Below, in pieces: positions 34,788-46,800 of a DNA stretch of 64,000 nucleotides. The notes beneath the pieces were generated by a model. The model was given only the letters and a program-made list of their open reading frames with translations. It searched no databases and was not told where the DNA came from. The DNA is from Schizochytrium sp. TIO01. Its lineage: Eukaryota; Protista; Bigyra: Labyrinthulomycetes. The translations under genes were made by a program, and so were the position numbers. The stretch is taken from positions 3,348,001 to 3,412,000 of the forward strand of contig SMSO01000025.1 of NCBI GenBank assembly GCA_004764695.1, in the 5' to 3' direction. Position 1 is the first letter of the stretch, and every line of letters starts with the position of its first letter.

Positions 34788-37700
34788 ATGTGCGAAGTCG
34801 TGGTATACCACGGTACCATTTCTGCAATAGGTGAGCAATTTGAAAACTCAGTTCAGAGATGGACAGACGACCAAGTACCTGAGGCAGCACTACGAAATCG
34901 TGAGTGGCGTGACGGCAAGTCAACGCATCATGTTACCCTAGTTTCACCTCCAGAAATGCGACGACTTTCAAGAAAGGGCGCAGACCTGGTGAAAGCTTTT
35001 CAAGAAGCTGCAAATGAAGGACCAGCTCCTTTAGGCCTTGGCCTCGGTCGCGTCAAGAATGTATGGTTTATTGTTTTGAGTTGGCCATGCATACAAGTGG
35101 TTCGTCGCAAGCTCGGTCTTCCAGCAAAGGATCTTCACATTACGGTTGGATTCCTCGAAAGCGACATTCATGATGTATCAAAAAACTATACAACGCTTTG
35201 TCGGAGCAGTTTACTTCGGTTTACGACATGTGACGTCCAGCAACTCTTAGCGGACCCCCAGGGCCTGAACGAGGACTTATGCAACTTTTTAATGGAGGTT
35301 ACAGAGCTTCATGCCGATACTATGCCAAGCGAGCATGTGGAAGCACTCCTTCTGCGTGCGCGTGTGCTTGGCCAAAACAAAAAGCCAAAACAAGCTGAAG
35401 CTGATGCCCGACTTGCCTTTTCTCTTGCTTCAAAACTACAACAAGACCGTGTTGCACTGACTTTAGGGGATGCACTTACTGCTCTTGGACAGAGAGACGA
35501 GGCATGGAATATATACAAAGAAGCCTTGACACATTGTGGACCTGCTCGGCGTAAACTCTTTAACAATCTTGTGAAGCGCATGTCATATCTTGCGCTCCGC
35601 AATCGCAGTCTTCTTACTTCTCCTCCAAAGTTTCCCCGGACTCAGCACCTGGTGAATTTAGGTGCTGCCACACGTGATGACTTGCTGTTCCCTCAGGATA
35701 AACGCAAAATCTTCATTAACCCTGATGTCTTACATCGAGTTGTAATTGAGGAGAAAGTTGATGGTGCTAACTTGGGAATTTACATCGACGAGAATTGGAA
35801 TATTGTTTTTCAAAACCGCTCTCGCACTGTATGTTGCGAGTCGGCTCCTCAGTGGGCAAGCTTAGATCGCTGGCTCGACTCACGAAAGATTAATCTTTGT
35901 AAAACATTGGGTCAACGGTATGCTGTTTTTGGCGAATGGATGTATGCAAAGCATTCCATCCATTATACCAGCTTGCCTGATACTTTCCTAGGGTTTGATG
36001 TTTATGATCGAATTGCTGAGAAGTTCTTATCTGTGCCGATTAGAAACGCTATTCTTGAAAAGGCAGATCTGACTCCGGTACGCAGTGTCGAATTCGACAG
36101 TACGGTGATGTTCCAGAGTGAAGAGTCCTTCGAAGAAGATCTCTGTTTATTGCTTTCAGAGACGCAGTCAGCATACTACAATGGACCAGTGGAAGGCCTC
36201 GTGTTACGTTATGACGAAGTTAATACTACTGATCCGGAATCTCTTCTGCAATTTCTTCTTCAGCGAGGCAAAATCGTACGGGCTGATTTTTCTCAAGGCA
36301 TTGAGGATCACTGGACGCATACGTCCCTAGTTCGAAACAAAATTATACCAGTGGCTATGCCGCTCCATGACAGTAGTTTTGCGGTTAGCGTCAAGAAATA
36401 TCCGAGTACACCTCATCTGCCTTGGAGCCCGAACGTAAATGCTGATGACACACTGTTACGCTCAAGTGAAGATTTTTTTGGTAAACGCGTTATCATCACA
36501 GAAAAGCTTGATGGTGGAAATTGTTGTCTTGCGCCGGGAGGAAAAGTATTCGCTCGAACGCACAATAAGGAGGCCTCCTATTGGTCGTTTGGCCCTGTTA
36601 AAGAACTTTACCGATGTCTTCGAGCTGAGTACCCTGAAATATTTGAAGAAGGGCGGTACAAGAACGCTGAATTTTATGGAGAAAATATGACAGCTACACA
36701 TAGCATAGCTTATGATCGTCTGCAATCCTGTTTCTATCTCTTTGCTGTGAGAAATGACTCCGAATGGTTGCCCTGGGATGAGGTTGTCTCACTTGCGCGA
36801 AAGCTTCAACTTCGGACTGTACCCTTGGTGTTTGACGGGGTGCTTAAGAACGACGATCAGCTGCGAGCTTTGCTTGAAACAGAGGCAACATTGCCAAGTC
36901 GTGTTGCTGAAGACATTATTGGTGAAGGATTTGTTATTCGCATTGCCGCAAGCTTTTCCGATAATCCGAACATCTTTGAACAAAACATTGCAAAGTATGT
37001 ACGAGCTAACCATATCCAAACATCAGCAAGTTGGCGACGTACCTGTGCCAAGGCTCACATAAAATATCTCCTACCAGGTGACGCCGGCGAATTTCCAATG
37101 AGACCTCCAATCTCTGCTCAATCAATCCAATTGTTTGTGGATCTCGATGGAGTCCTTGCAGACTTTGATGCTGGCGTGCGTCGTATTTGTGGTCAGTCCC
37201 CAAACGATATCGCTGTAGCAGCAATGTGGCGCGCGATCCATAGTGCTCGAGACTTTTTTGGGAGTCTCGAGTGGATGCCAGGTGCGCAAGCACTTTGGGA
37301 AAACTCCCTTGCCCATTTAAAGCCGACCATCCTTTCTGGAGTACCAATGTCAGATTCGCGGTGGGCTGAACGCCAAAAGTCAGCTTGGTGTGCTAGAAAG
37401 CTTGGACCCGAGGTCCCGCACATCTTTTGTGCGAGTCGCGAAAAGAGCACATATAGTGGTCCATACCGAGTCTTGATTGATGATCGTGATCGAGCTCGTA
37501 GGCCTTGGGAAGCCGCTGGTGGTATCTTTATTCTATACACAACTCCGGAGCAAGTAGCTTCGGAATTAGAAGAGGTGAAGCGTCAGCTTCAAACCGAATT
37601 TAAAGATACGGAAAACTCAGGGGAGAAATTCGCTATTCAAGAACAACCAGTTTTAGAGAGTAATAGCGATGATAATCAAACTCCCGGGCCTGAATTTGAG

Positions 37701-38195
37701 CGCCAGCGATGCAAATATAAATTGATAATATTGGTTGGACTTCCAGGTAGCGGAAAATCCACCTTTGGGAAGCTGCTTACTGAACGTCTACAATGTGAGC
37801 GAATATGTCAAGATGAGGTGGGCTCAAGACGCACATGTGAAAATATAATTGGGCGCGATGTAAAACGAACAACGGTGGTGCTCGATCGTTGCAATGTGGA
37901 GAGAGCTGATCGTAAATACTGGATGCAGCTTGCGATGGTTTCTTCAAAGCAGGTTGCTGTGGTCCTCTTCGAACCACCTCCAGACTCGGGCTTGACTCTT
38001 GCAAATAGACTAATTCAGCGTCGAGCACATCCGACAATCAAAACATCGAATTTGGAGAGTGCTAGGAAAATTGTTACTAGCTTTTCTCGCAAGCTGGAAG
38101 TACCAACGGTAAAGGACGATAAGGTTGATCGTGTTTTCCATATGACTTCTTTCGATGACACAGATCATATCATAGCCCAGCTTGCCAAACATTAA
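34788..38195 (+). CDS. Multidomain RNA repair-type protein: 2H phosphoesterase, TPR, RNA ligase x2, HAD phosphatase, P-loop polynucleotide kinase
   Basis: 2H motifs HVT and HIT; TPR-like helices. Ligase 1: EEKVDGAN...FGEW...FD...EGLV...K. Ligase 2: TEKLDGGN...YGEN...EGFV...KYVR. HAD: FVDLDGVLADFD...LIDDR. Kinase: GLPGSGKST...CQD...LDRCN. First ATG at 34788. Confidence 0.9.
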   Translation: MCEVVVYHGTISAIGEQFENSVQRWTDDQVPEAALRNREWRDGKSTHHVTLVSPPEMRRLSRKGADLVKAFQEAANEGPAPLGLGLGRVKNVWFIVLSWPCIQVVRRKLGLPAKDLHITVGFLESDIHDVSKNYTTLCRSSLLRFTTCDVQQLLADPQGLNEDLCNFLMEVTELHADTMPSEHVEALLLRARVLGQNKKPKQAEADARLAFSLASKLQQDRVALTLGDALTALGQRDEAWNIYKEALTHCGPARRKLFNNLVKRMSYLALRNRSLLTSPPKFPRTQHLVNLGAATRDDLLFPQDKRKIFINPDVLHRVVIEEKVDGANLGIYIDENWNIVFQNRSRTVCCESAPQWASLDRWLDSRKINLCKTLGQRYAVFGEWMYAKHSIHYTSLPDTFLGFDVYDRIAEKFLSVPIRNAILEKADLTPVRSVEFDSTVMFQSEESFEEDLCLLLSETQSAYYNGPVEGLVLRYDEVNTTDPESLLQFLLQRGKIVRADFSQGIEDHWTHTSLVRNKIIPVAMPLHDSSFAVSVKKYPSTPHLPWSPNVNADDTLLRSSEDFFGKRVIITEKLDGGNCCLAPGGKVFARTHNKEASYWSFGPVKELYRCLRAEYPEIFEEGRYKNAEFYGENMTATHSIAYDRLQSCFYLFAVRNDSEWLPWDEVVSLARKLQLRTVPLVFDGVLKNDDQLRALLETEATLPSRVAEDIIGEGFVIRIAASFSDNPNIFEQNIAKYVRANHIQTSASWRRTCAKAHIKYLLPGDAGEFPMRPPISAQSIQLFVDLDGVLADFDAGVRRICGQSPNDIAVAAMWRAIHSARDFFGSLEWMPGAQALWENSLAHLKPTILSGVPMSDSRWAERQKSAWCARKLGPEVPHIFCASREKSTYSGPYRVLIDDRDRARRPWEAAGGIFILYTTPEQVASELEEVKRQLQTEFKDTENSGEKFAIQEQPVLESNSDDNQTPGPEFERQRCKYKLIILVGLPGSGKSTFGKLLTERLQCERICQDEVGSRRTCENIIGRDVKRTTVVLDRCNVERADRKYWMQLAMVSSKQVAVVLFEPPPDSGLTLANRLIQRRAHPTIKTSNLESARKIVTSFSRKLEVPTVKDDKVDRVFHMTSFDDTDHIIAQLAKH

Positions 38196-38826
38196 TTTTG
38201 CAATAGCTAATTATACTAACTTACATGTCATCTTCTTCAATTTTATTCATTTAATTTTTCTTGACTTACAGCTTCAACCGTCAGCCTGTTCTATTATGGA
38301 GATGGAATCAAATATCGAACCCAACACTACGGTAGATGATGACAAAATAAAGCTAGACTAAGGAAAATCATAAATTCATCCAGGTAATACGCTTATTCTC
38401 TCATGGCCTGTGTCACATTCACATTGGTGTACTTGCTATTACAGGCAGATTGAGGCGAGCAGATAAAGCAAGTTGGGACATCATTATTTGTATGGAGCTT
38501 TTTTAACATTTTAATTTAAAAAGTTAAAGTAAAATAATTGAAGCGCAGACAAACGAAGCAAATGTCTGTTATTATTGGTCCATTTTAATTATGCGCATTT
38601 AAAAATGAGAGGTCAGGTGTTCGAAGTAATATCATATTTACAAGAATAGATGATATACGATGCAATTTAGTATGTATGCAGATTAATAGGGTACCATCTT
38701 ACCATCTTACAATAATAAATAAAATAAAGCGGCAAAATAAACCAAGGTAAAGCAAACCAAAACCTGAAAAGCGTCATTTCGGAGGCTCTGGCCTCAAAGG
38801 GCTTGCAAAAGTATCTGTGCGCAAAT

Positions 38827-40026
38827 ATGCTTACGTTGCAGAGGCTACAGAGGCAGCCAGTGCCACGGCGAGCTGCTCCGTTTCGCGAGAGCGTGGCAGG
38901 TCTCTCTTGGCTCTTTGGTGGATCGTCATCCTCCACGAGTATTAAGCGTCACCGCGAGCATCGCGTTGTGCCTTTTCCAAAGAACGTTATGTATAACGTT
39001 GTAGCAGACGTGCCTCGTTATAAGGAGTTTGTGCCATACACAGTAGATTCTCGTATTTTAGAGCAGATCTCAAGGTATGAGAATGTCGCAGAGCTCAAGG
39101 TTGGGTTTGGAGCACTAAGTGAACGCTACAAAAGCCGTGTGAAGCTGGACCCAGCAGAAGGCAAGGTTGAGGCACGTGCTGAAGATTCTGCGGTGTTCAA
39201 GGTCCTTACAAACAAGTGGTGTATCAAAGACCGCCCAATGGACCCCGAAACCTCGACTCTGGAGTTCGAACTGGAATTTCAGTTCAAGCACAGCCTCTAC
39301 AATAGTGTAGCGGACATGTTCTTTAAAAAGGTCACAGAAGCCATGGTGGATGCATTTTTGACACGTTGTGAGGCCGTACAGGAGGGTCATGCCCAGGCGC
39401 ACAATTACTTTGCACGCATTGCTCCACCCAGAAGGGGCCTTTTCCGCAGCAAGGGGTTGGCCGCTCAAGGGCAGCTGCTCGGCGAGCTTGAGACGCTTTC
39501 ACATTTTGATCTTCATGAGCTCGAGCGTATCAAGAATAACTTTGACTCGGCGACAAGTTACTCCAAAACTGGTACACTCGACCTGCCTACGTTCAAGAAG
39601 CTGTTTCGCGAGTTGTTTCATGATGAGCCCACAGATAAGGTGAACCGCTCTGCAGATCTTTTGTTCAGCGCTCTTGACATCAACCGCGACGGATCTTTGA
39701 ACTTTCGTGAGTTTGTAGCAGGTCTGTCGACAGTTGTTAAGGGTAACCCTGAAGAACGTGCGCGTTTCTGGCTTCGCTGTTTTGATGATAATGGAGATGG
39801 TCATGTGGACCGTCGTCAGCTATATAACATGGTTTATGTGTCCATGGAAGTTCGCAATGGGCTTCTTCAAGTCGGGGCTTCTAGCAAACCGCAAGAAGCA
39901 GGTTATTTTGAAATCGACCACAACCTCGATCGTCTTGCACGCGAGGCTGTAGATCAGTGTTTTGCTGATGTTCCTGACGATCAGGGTGTGAATATTGAGG
40001 CGGTTCTGTCAAAGAACCTTTTTTAA
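38827..40026 (+). CDS. COQ10-like START (polyketide cyclase) domain fused to NCS/calcineurin-B-like EF-hand domain
   Basis: Arg-rich presequence-like N-terminus. COQ10 motifs MYNVVADVPRYKEFVPY, AELKVGF, YKSRV, MVDAFLTRC. EF loops DINRDGSLNFRE and DDNGDGHVDRRQ. One continuous ORF. Confidence 0.85.
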   Translation: MLTLQRLQRQPVPRRAAPFRESVAGLSWLFGGSSSSTSIKRHREHRVVPFPKNVMYNVVADVPRYKEFVPYTVDSRILEQISRYENVAELKVGFGALSERYKSRVKLDPAEGKVEARAEDSAVFKVLTNKWCIKDRPMDPETSTLEFELEFQFKHSLYNSVADMFFKKVTEAMVDAFLTRCEAVQEGHAQAHNYFARIAPPRRGLFRSKGLAAQGQLLGELETLSHFDLHELERIKNNFDSATSYSKTGTLDLPTFKKLFRELFHDEPTDKVNRSADLLFSALDINRDGSLNFREFVAGLSTVVKGNPEERARFWLRCFDDNGDGHVDRRQLYNMVYVSMEVRNGLLQVGASSKPQEAGYFEIDHNLDRLAREAVDQCFADVPDDQGVNIEAVLSKNLF

Positions 40027-41587
40027 ATTAGAACAGCGTGCAGTTCCCATTGAGAACATGTTGTCCACCTATTGGATAATTTGCGTGAAGTGTCCCAAAC
40101 AAATAAACAAGCAAACAAACACAGGAAAGTTCCGCTATCTTTCTCTAAAAATAAAAGCATAATAATTATCAACCCTCCCATTTGGATGCTTTTCAGTTTG
40201 CTTGTGCTTTGAGCGCAAAACAGGCGGTATCCCTACCAGCTTCACAAAGTTTAATTGACAGTAAGTAAATTTGCGAATCGTTGAGTAAACTCTTGTTCTT
40301 TTCTCTTTAAAAAAGAAAAGAAAAGATGAATGAATACTGTGTTGATATTCATATGCATAGAGAGCAATATCATTTCGTTGAATGCAAACTAACAGTTCAA
40401 TTTTGTGTCTGACAGTGTATCTAGATAGATTTTGAAATCAGTAATGTACGAATATCTTGTGTTTTAAACCCTTGGTCGTTCATTTCTAGAAGCTTCGTTG
40501 ATATGACTATTTCGACATGTACAAGATTTAACTTTACGCTCAAGGACCTGGTGGATTATATTCCATCTATTAAAAAAAATAAAAAAAATACAATCTACCT
40601 CTCATATATAAAGATGAAAAAAAAATCTTTTGACCTTAAATTATCTTCGTTGAAGAAAACGTAGGTTTATATAAAGAATGTACATACATGTTTTCTTCGT
40701 TTAATGCTGGAAGGCAGCATTCTCCTACAGATTCATGTATACCTTAGCAGTCCCCTGAGCTCTGAGTTATTGCCATGCAGTACATCTAAATGCACTGGTA
40801 TAATTCTTCAAACCAAAGTTTATATCTTCATTCTCAGTGTTAGCGGAAACTGGACAGAAATAATTAATGGTCAACTTTTCGAACAACACAAAAGTGGATT
40901 TCTCAGGAAGCAAAATTGTACCCAAACTACATGAAAACACACTAAGATTATTAATAAGTTCAGCTCCCCATCAGGGAGAACGTTCCTCATGTTTTGATGT
41001 TGGATCGCATGCCATCTGTACATTTATTTAATCAAAAGACTGGTTTAAGATGGCAATATTTTAGAATCAGACAAGGAAATGGCAACCCGGCAGAAATTAC
41101 TTTTTACCAGGTCACATGGTTGACATTTGTAAAATAATAATAAATAGATAGAAAGCATAAAAAGGTCATCACAGTTCTTCTATTGGTGCTGTTTGAGTGA
41201 AATAGAACACATGAATGAAGGTGCTTCATTTAATTACATCATCGCTACAATGCTCCAGAGCAAGTTCTTGTTGTTGGAGTCGTGATGTCTGAATAGGACA
41301 GACGAAATAGGGCTATACATAGTCATGTTCTAAACGAGACACAATATATACACGAATGCGCGGGGCATTGTGATGGTGGCTGCTTATGCGCGTTGAGGAG
41401 CATATTGTGCCTGCATCGATCTTAAATTGCGTAATAGTACGTTTGGTTGATTGGGCTGTTCGCTAGTTGGTTTGCTTGCTTTGGCTTCGACGTTGGATAG
41501 ATTTGAGTGAATACAGGCATGATGACTTGCTCGCTCTGAGGGCGATACTTCGATTGATTACTTGCTCGCTTACTTGAGTGTATTGTT

Positions 41588-41854
41588 TTACCAAATCTCT
41601 TGAAGAAAAGTGGGGACGTTCTTGGCCGTATCCAGGAGAATAAATTGCTGGCCGCTCTTGGTGTTGACGAAGTTTTTCACCTGCGGTGGCGTTCCCGGAG
41701 GGCTGGAGGATCTGGACGAGGCGCCATCATCAACTGGCGCAAGCTTGTAACCCTCAGGGTTGCGCTTGCGTGCCTGCAAGGCAATCGCTGCGATGCGAGA
41801 CTCGAGGTCCAGCGCAACTACCTCTACATCATTGTCAAGAGCGCGTGGTGCCAT
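41588..41854 (-). CDS. Small protein of unknown family (88 aa), paralog A
   Basis: Shares two conserved blocks with 51002-51283 (DLxxRIAxIAxxAxxRNPEGYKLxPV and NFxNxxSGQxxxLLDxAxN...LQ). Conservative substitutions between the copies indicate coding constraint. Confidence 0.75.
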   Translation of the reverse strand: MAPRALDNDVEVVALDLESRIAAIALQARKRNPEGYKLAPVDDGASSRSSSPPGTPPQVKNFVNTKSGQQFILLDTAKNVPTFLQEIW

Positions 41855-43390
41855 GTCGTAGTGTCTGCAATGAAATCTTCCGTTGCTTCTGCTGGTTTCC
41901 TCGCCGTTGTCGTGTTATTGAAAGTATTGTAAAGCTTTTTCTGCTGCTGCTTCTTTCCAAGTCCTGCTAGCACGTAGGCTTGCAGGTGTTCCTAGCCGCT
42001 AAGGTTCTATGTCTTCGCCACAATGTATGTATGAATATATGTATGCCACGTTTGGTGATGAGTTTATTTCCGCTGCTGCTTGCGCGCACAGATTGTGTTC
42101 TTTGTGTGTGGATTCCTGTTTCGGGTTTGCTTCTTCTTCTCCTTCTTTCTGAATGCTCATCTCTTCTCCGTTTCCTCTTTCTTCCCTTTTTCCCCCTTTC
42201 TTCCCCTTTCCCTCGTGATGTGCAGGTAGCTGCTCTAAGACCCCCACTAAGTCGCACTCTTATTCCGCGACTACCATTTCCGCTACTACATCTCTTTCTT
42301 TTCTTTTCTTTTCTTTTCTTTTTCGTCTTTCTCAACATTCGATGTAGGTCGAGGATTCGCTTTTCGTCCTCTTCCTCTGAGCTAACTAGCCCCTCAGGAG
42401 GGCATGAGTCCCCAGTGTGCTGTGAGGGCTCCAAGTCCCGCTCACAACGCCGCGCTGAGGGGAAGGAAGGCCGAAACTCCCAGTGGGAATCCCGATACCT
42501 GTCCCCTTCCGGTGGCGCCGTCTTCCTAACGAACTGGCTAGGTGCGACTAAGAGTTTCTTCGCGCCTCCTACGACGTCGTCGCGCGCAGGTTCCTACAGG
42601 GAGCCCACCGCTCTTGTGTCCCCTCCAGGGGGCTCCCTTTGTCTGTTGTGCCTTTTCGCTTTTCCCCTCCTGCTTCCAGGCAGTTCCGTCAAGAACACCC
42701 GCGGCGCGCCCCTCACATCTTGCCCGCCACTGCCTCTGCCTCCACTGCCTCACACCCACTGCCACTGGCGGCCCCCTCACAGCTTCGGGAAACTTCTCCT
42801 TTCCTTCCCTTTCCAGCCGGCTTCTCTCATTCTCGCGTGAGAAGCACGAGGCCGCCCGCCGCCTAGCGCGCGCGGAGAAAGGAACGGAACGCATACGCGG
42901 CCCATTACCTTTCACGCTAGCGCAGGCCAGACCGTCGGAGAACACCAGTTCCAGAGCGTCCAGAAGTTCCCGATGTTCTCGTACGATTGCACTACCTGCT
43001 GCTGCTGCGTCGGGGTGGTAGCGGCGGCTAGCTGACTGGTAGCAGCAAAAGCAAACTGGCTGAAGCAGAGAAAAGGGGCGCTGAAGCGAGAGAGGAAGGA
43101 AGGCCCAGAACTTGGAACGGCAGCCAGAAGGAGATGGGCAAAGCCGGGCTTCGAGACGCGACGCGACGCGACGCTGCGCTGTGCTGCGCTGCAGCGAACG
43201 AACGAACAGGCTGGGCGAGCACCATGTGCAGGCGCCTGCTGCCTCGCCTCTGGCGGAAGCCGGAAGTACGGCACGTACGCGCTTCGTTATTCACGCTCGC
43301 TGAGAGGGCACGGAGAGACGGCTCGGAGATCGCTTACGGACTAACTAGGAATAAATGTATGCATACGTGTCATAAGCACAGCAGTTAGTT

Positions 43391-43490
43391 TTTGTTTGTT
43401 TATAAATGATTATATTTGTTTGTTTGTATTTGTTTGTTTGTATTTGTTTGTTTGTTTATAAATGTTTGTTTGATTGTTTGATTGATTGAT
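43391..43490. repeat. Imperfect (TTTG)n/(TTGA)n microsatellite
   Basis: Visible tttgtttgtttg...ttgattgattga tract. Confidence 0.8.
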
Positions 43491-43831
43491 TGCTCATTGG
43501 AAAGGAAAGAAAGCAAAGACTTTTAGCAGGAGAAAGAAAGAAAGACCCGTCAGTTGCATCGCTCACTTCTTTCTTTCAAGCGTCGAAGAGTCGGCGCGTG
43601 CGCGTCCTTTGTGCCAGAAAGGGCTGAAGCTCGAAGGCCCCGAGTGCGTGCGAGCAATGCACGGCGCAAAAGGAGAGGGACGGGGGCGGGGAGGAGGACC
43701 GCTGCGCTGCGAGGCTGCACGATTAATTTTTGAAGGGTTTGTTTGTTTGTTTGATTGTTCAACCAACTCTTGAATGAGCATCCCAGCAGAGGTCTTTCGA
43801 GTCCGAATTCAAGTTCGTGCATCAGTCAGTC

Positions 43832-43869
<38 letters not shown>
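43832..43869. repeat. (AGTT)n microsatellite
   Basis: Perfect agttagttagtt run. Confidence 0.9.
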
Positions 43870-46800
43870 ATAGTTTAGTTGTTTAATTTTAAAAAATCAA
43901 GTTACTTTTCAAGAAGAGAACGAAGAAAAGGGAAGAAGAAAGAACTACGCGCTAGCAGTGGCTAAGAAGGCGCCTAATAGCTAGTTCCATCCTTCGTTAG
44001 TTCTTTAGTAAGTTCTTTCGATCCCTTCGTGGTTTCACGTTGCCGAGTGAGACTTCAAAAGGCTTTGAGGTGCCGTTGGGAGAGGGAGAGAGTAAGCACG
44101 TAAGGAGGCATCACGATCACGGTGGCCGTCGCGCTGTCGTCCGTGTTTTCGCGCATCGCTGTGAAGTAATCGATCAATCAGTCATCAATCAATCGATCGA
44201 TCAATCAATCAATCAATCAACCCTGTGAAGGGCTGGCGTTCTTTCTGCGGGTGCTTCTCGTTCTGTTCTTTTTGCGAGTAGACTCAGGCGAAGACTCACC
44301 GGAAAAACAAACAGACCACCTTCGAGTCGCGCCGAACGAAGGAGGCGGGACGTGCATCGTCGCCTGCGCCGCCGTGGCTTACTTATCCTGCCGGCTTTGC
44401 ACGGCGTGTGCAGGCGAGTACGCAGTAGAGGCCTCGCTGGGCACGGACCCTCCGCAAGCCTCGCAGGCTTCGCAAGCTTCGTCGGTTTCTGCGCGATCTG
44501 TTTGTCTCCCTCCGTCTCATAGTTATGGTTGTTTTTTTTTTGTTTGGTTTTTTTAAAATTAAATTTTATCTCGAAGAGAAAGATCACAACGATATATCCA
44601 ATGCCTTAAAATTATTATTATTAATATTAATATTTACGTGAAGAGCGATGGTGAGAGTTGGATTGTTGTTGCAGGCGTGACCATCAATACTGCTCAGGAT
44701 CGAGAAGTCACAACGTGGCGACCTGAGCCGAGCCTGGTTTAACTCGGGGTTCTCGAGTCCTTTGCTAAAATGAAATGCGCTCTTCGCCATTCAAGGCAAA
44801 GATTGCAGCACGGATTTTGATCACCGAGATTTGGCGCTCCACTTTGGAAGTCAACGCCGGAGAAGTTCTTAGTCTGCGATTGCCTTTATTGGCTGCCAGG
44901 CATGAGCTTGGCGGGAGCCGTTGCTCTTGTACGTTGCTCTGGTTAGCGAAGGCGCTCCACCCGTTGGCGAGATTCTTTGCAATGCCACAAATGGTGCCTC
45001 AGAGGAACCAGGAACCGGGCCCTTGGACAAGTTGGCGATCTTTATGCAACGTCCAAAAGAAAGACCTGGGAAGAATCTATGGAATTCCGCTGGAGAACTT
45101 GAACTTTCGTCTATGATGAACCATCCACGATCAGTCTTACCCCGGAAGCTTTCAGGAGTGCATTTCGTTTCGCCCAGATCTGTGAGGCATGGCATCTGAA
45201 AGACATCTCTGAGGTTGGTTGTCGATACGAAGCCGGCATCCGGTATGATGATGGGCGCCTTGCTTATAGAGCACGGACGCCGCAAGGGTGTACGAGGAAA
45301 CGAATCGTCGTCGGGAAAGAGTCCTGACCAAAGCGTGCTCGGGCTACCGGGGGTTCGAGATGTACTCGTGGAGTTTTCTTTCCTCCGTCCCTTTTGGCAT
45401 TCTTTGGAAATCACGGTATCCGAATGATGTCCCAGAGGCCAGAGAAACGAGACACATCGCAGTCCTGGGGAACTAACTGCCTGATCAGTTGTTGATTGTC
45501 CATGTCCGATCGGGAATGTTTTGCAGTAGGTTTTGGCAACGCCCTGCTTTGGGCGTTCTCTGTAGAACGGATCGCTCTATATTTATTTCCAGGCAGGTAT
45601 GGGATAAATCCTGGATTTAAAAAGAAAAGAAGAAAAAAGCAGCAGAAGGTCAACTTCATTTTATTTTATTCTATAAATGAAAGAATCCTCTTTTCTAATT
45701 TTTTTCCTTTTTTTTTTTTTTTTTTTTTGCAAAAATCAGAAACCGACGATGATCTCCGAGCAGCCACGCCGCGGCAGCAGCGCGGCCACTCGGAGCTTGC
45801 GACAAACGCGTTCTTCCTCCTTTGCTGCCTGATTCGGCGAGTTTGAAACCTATCTGTACTGTCATGATGGTGTTCGTCAACCATCCTGAGGCTGCCTGCT
45901 GCTGCTATTGCTGTTTGAGAACAGCCTGCTCTCCTAAGTTACCTACCTCCCTAAGTACTCATTAGGTGGGACTTCTTGTGTTTGGCAAGAGGGGCGTACC
46001 AGCGGGGAACCCGCACTGACCTCCGAGTTGATGATTGTTTTCGAACTGCATCTCTTTCGAATGAGTGAGTATCGATCGACGGAGTGATTCAAAATCAGAA
46101 ACTCAAATCGTGAGGTCAACGCTGCTGGCGCTTGGGGTTGGGCTGCTGGCGGGCTGCCGGCGGAGATCTACTCAGGCGTCTGGGTTTGCCGCTAGTCCGG
46201 GGTGGCAGGGGATCGGGCCAGGACGCGGTCTGTAGCCAGCATGGGCCTTGAACACTTGCGAGCGTGCGGGTGTGCGTGGTAGAGTGCGTGCGAGCAGTCC
46301 CTGAGGATCAACGGGTTCAAACTCGAGATTTCGAAATGGCGCCGACTCGAAGTAAGTGGTGCCATCCCTGATGCTGCTCAGCGCCTTCCTCCGCCATCAG
46401 CCGCTTGCTACCTAGCCGCTCCGGGAGCATCCTTCGCGCCCCAACCAACGCAGCTGTCCCAGCTTGCCTTCTGGCGCAGCTTGGCTTGTCTCTTGAATTG
46501 CAATCTTGGGAAGACCGCCGAGGTGGGCTAGCTCGTGGAGCCATGGCGACCATCATAGACATCTTGATCGAGCACCACGATGCGGTCGAAAGTTAGCAGC
46601 TTCGGCCCTTGGAGCTCGTTTGTGAAAGCGAAAATCGCCAGCTCCGTCTCGAGCGCATGCACGCCCAAGCTCACGCTGCTGCTCATGGCGGTGCACCGCC
46701 GCTTCATTAAGTAAAGTCTCCTCAGCGGAGCGTGCGAAGGCGCAAGAAGTCGCACCACGCCCAAAGCAGGCGAGCTCGCAGCTCTCGCTCCCAGGCGTTG

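Noticed and set aside
5968-40026. FMOs, SAM synthetase, epoxide hydrolase and START protein as a biosynthetic gene cluster
   Set aside because: No backbone synthase. The genes are interspersed with EB1, TAF13 and unrelated genes over ~34 kb.
41588-41854. Microproteins as antizyme ORF1 or AdoMetDC-type uORFs
   Set aside because: No UCC-UGA frameshift site and no downstream main ORF after either copy.
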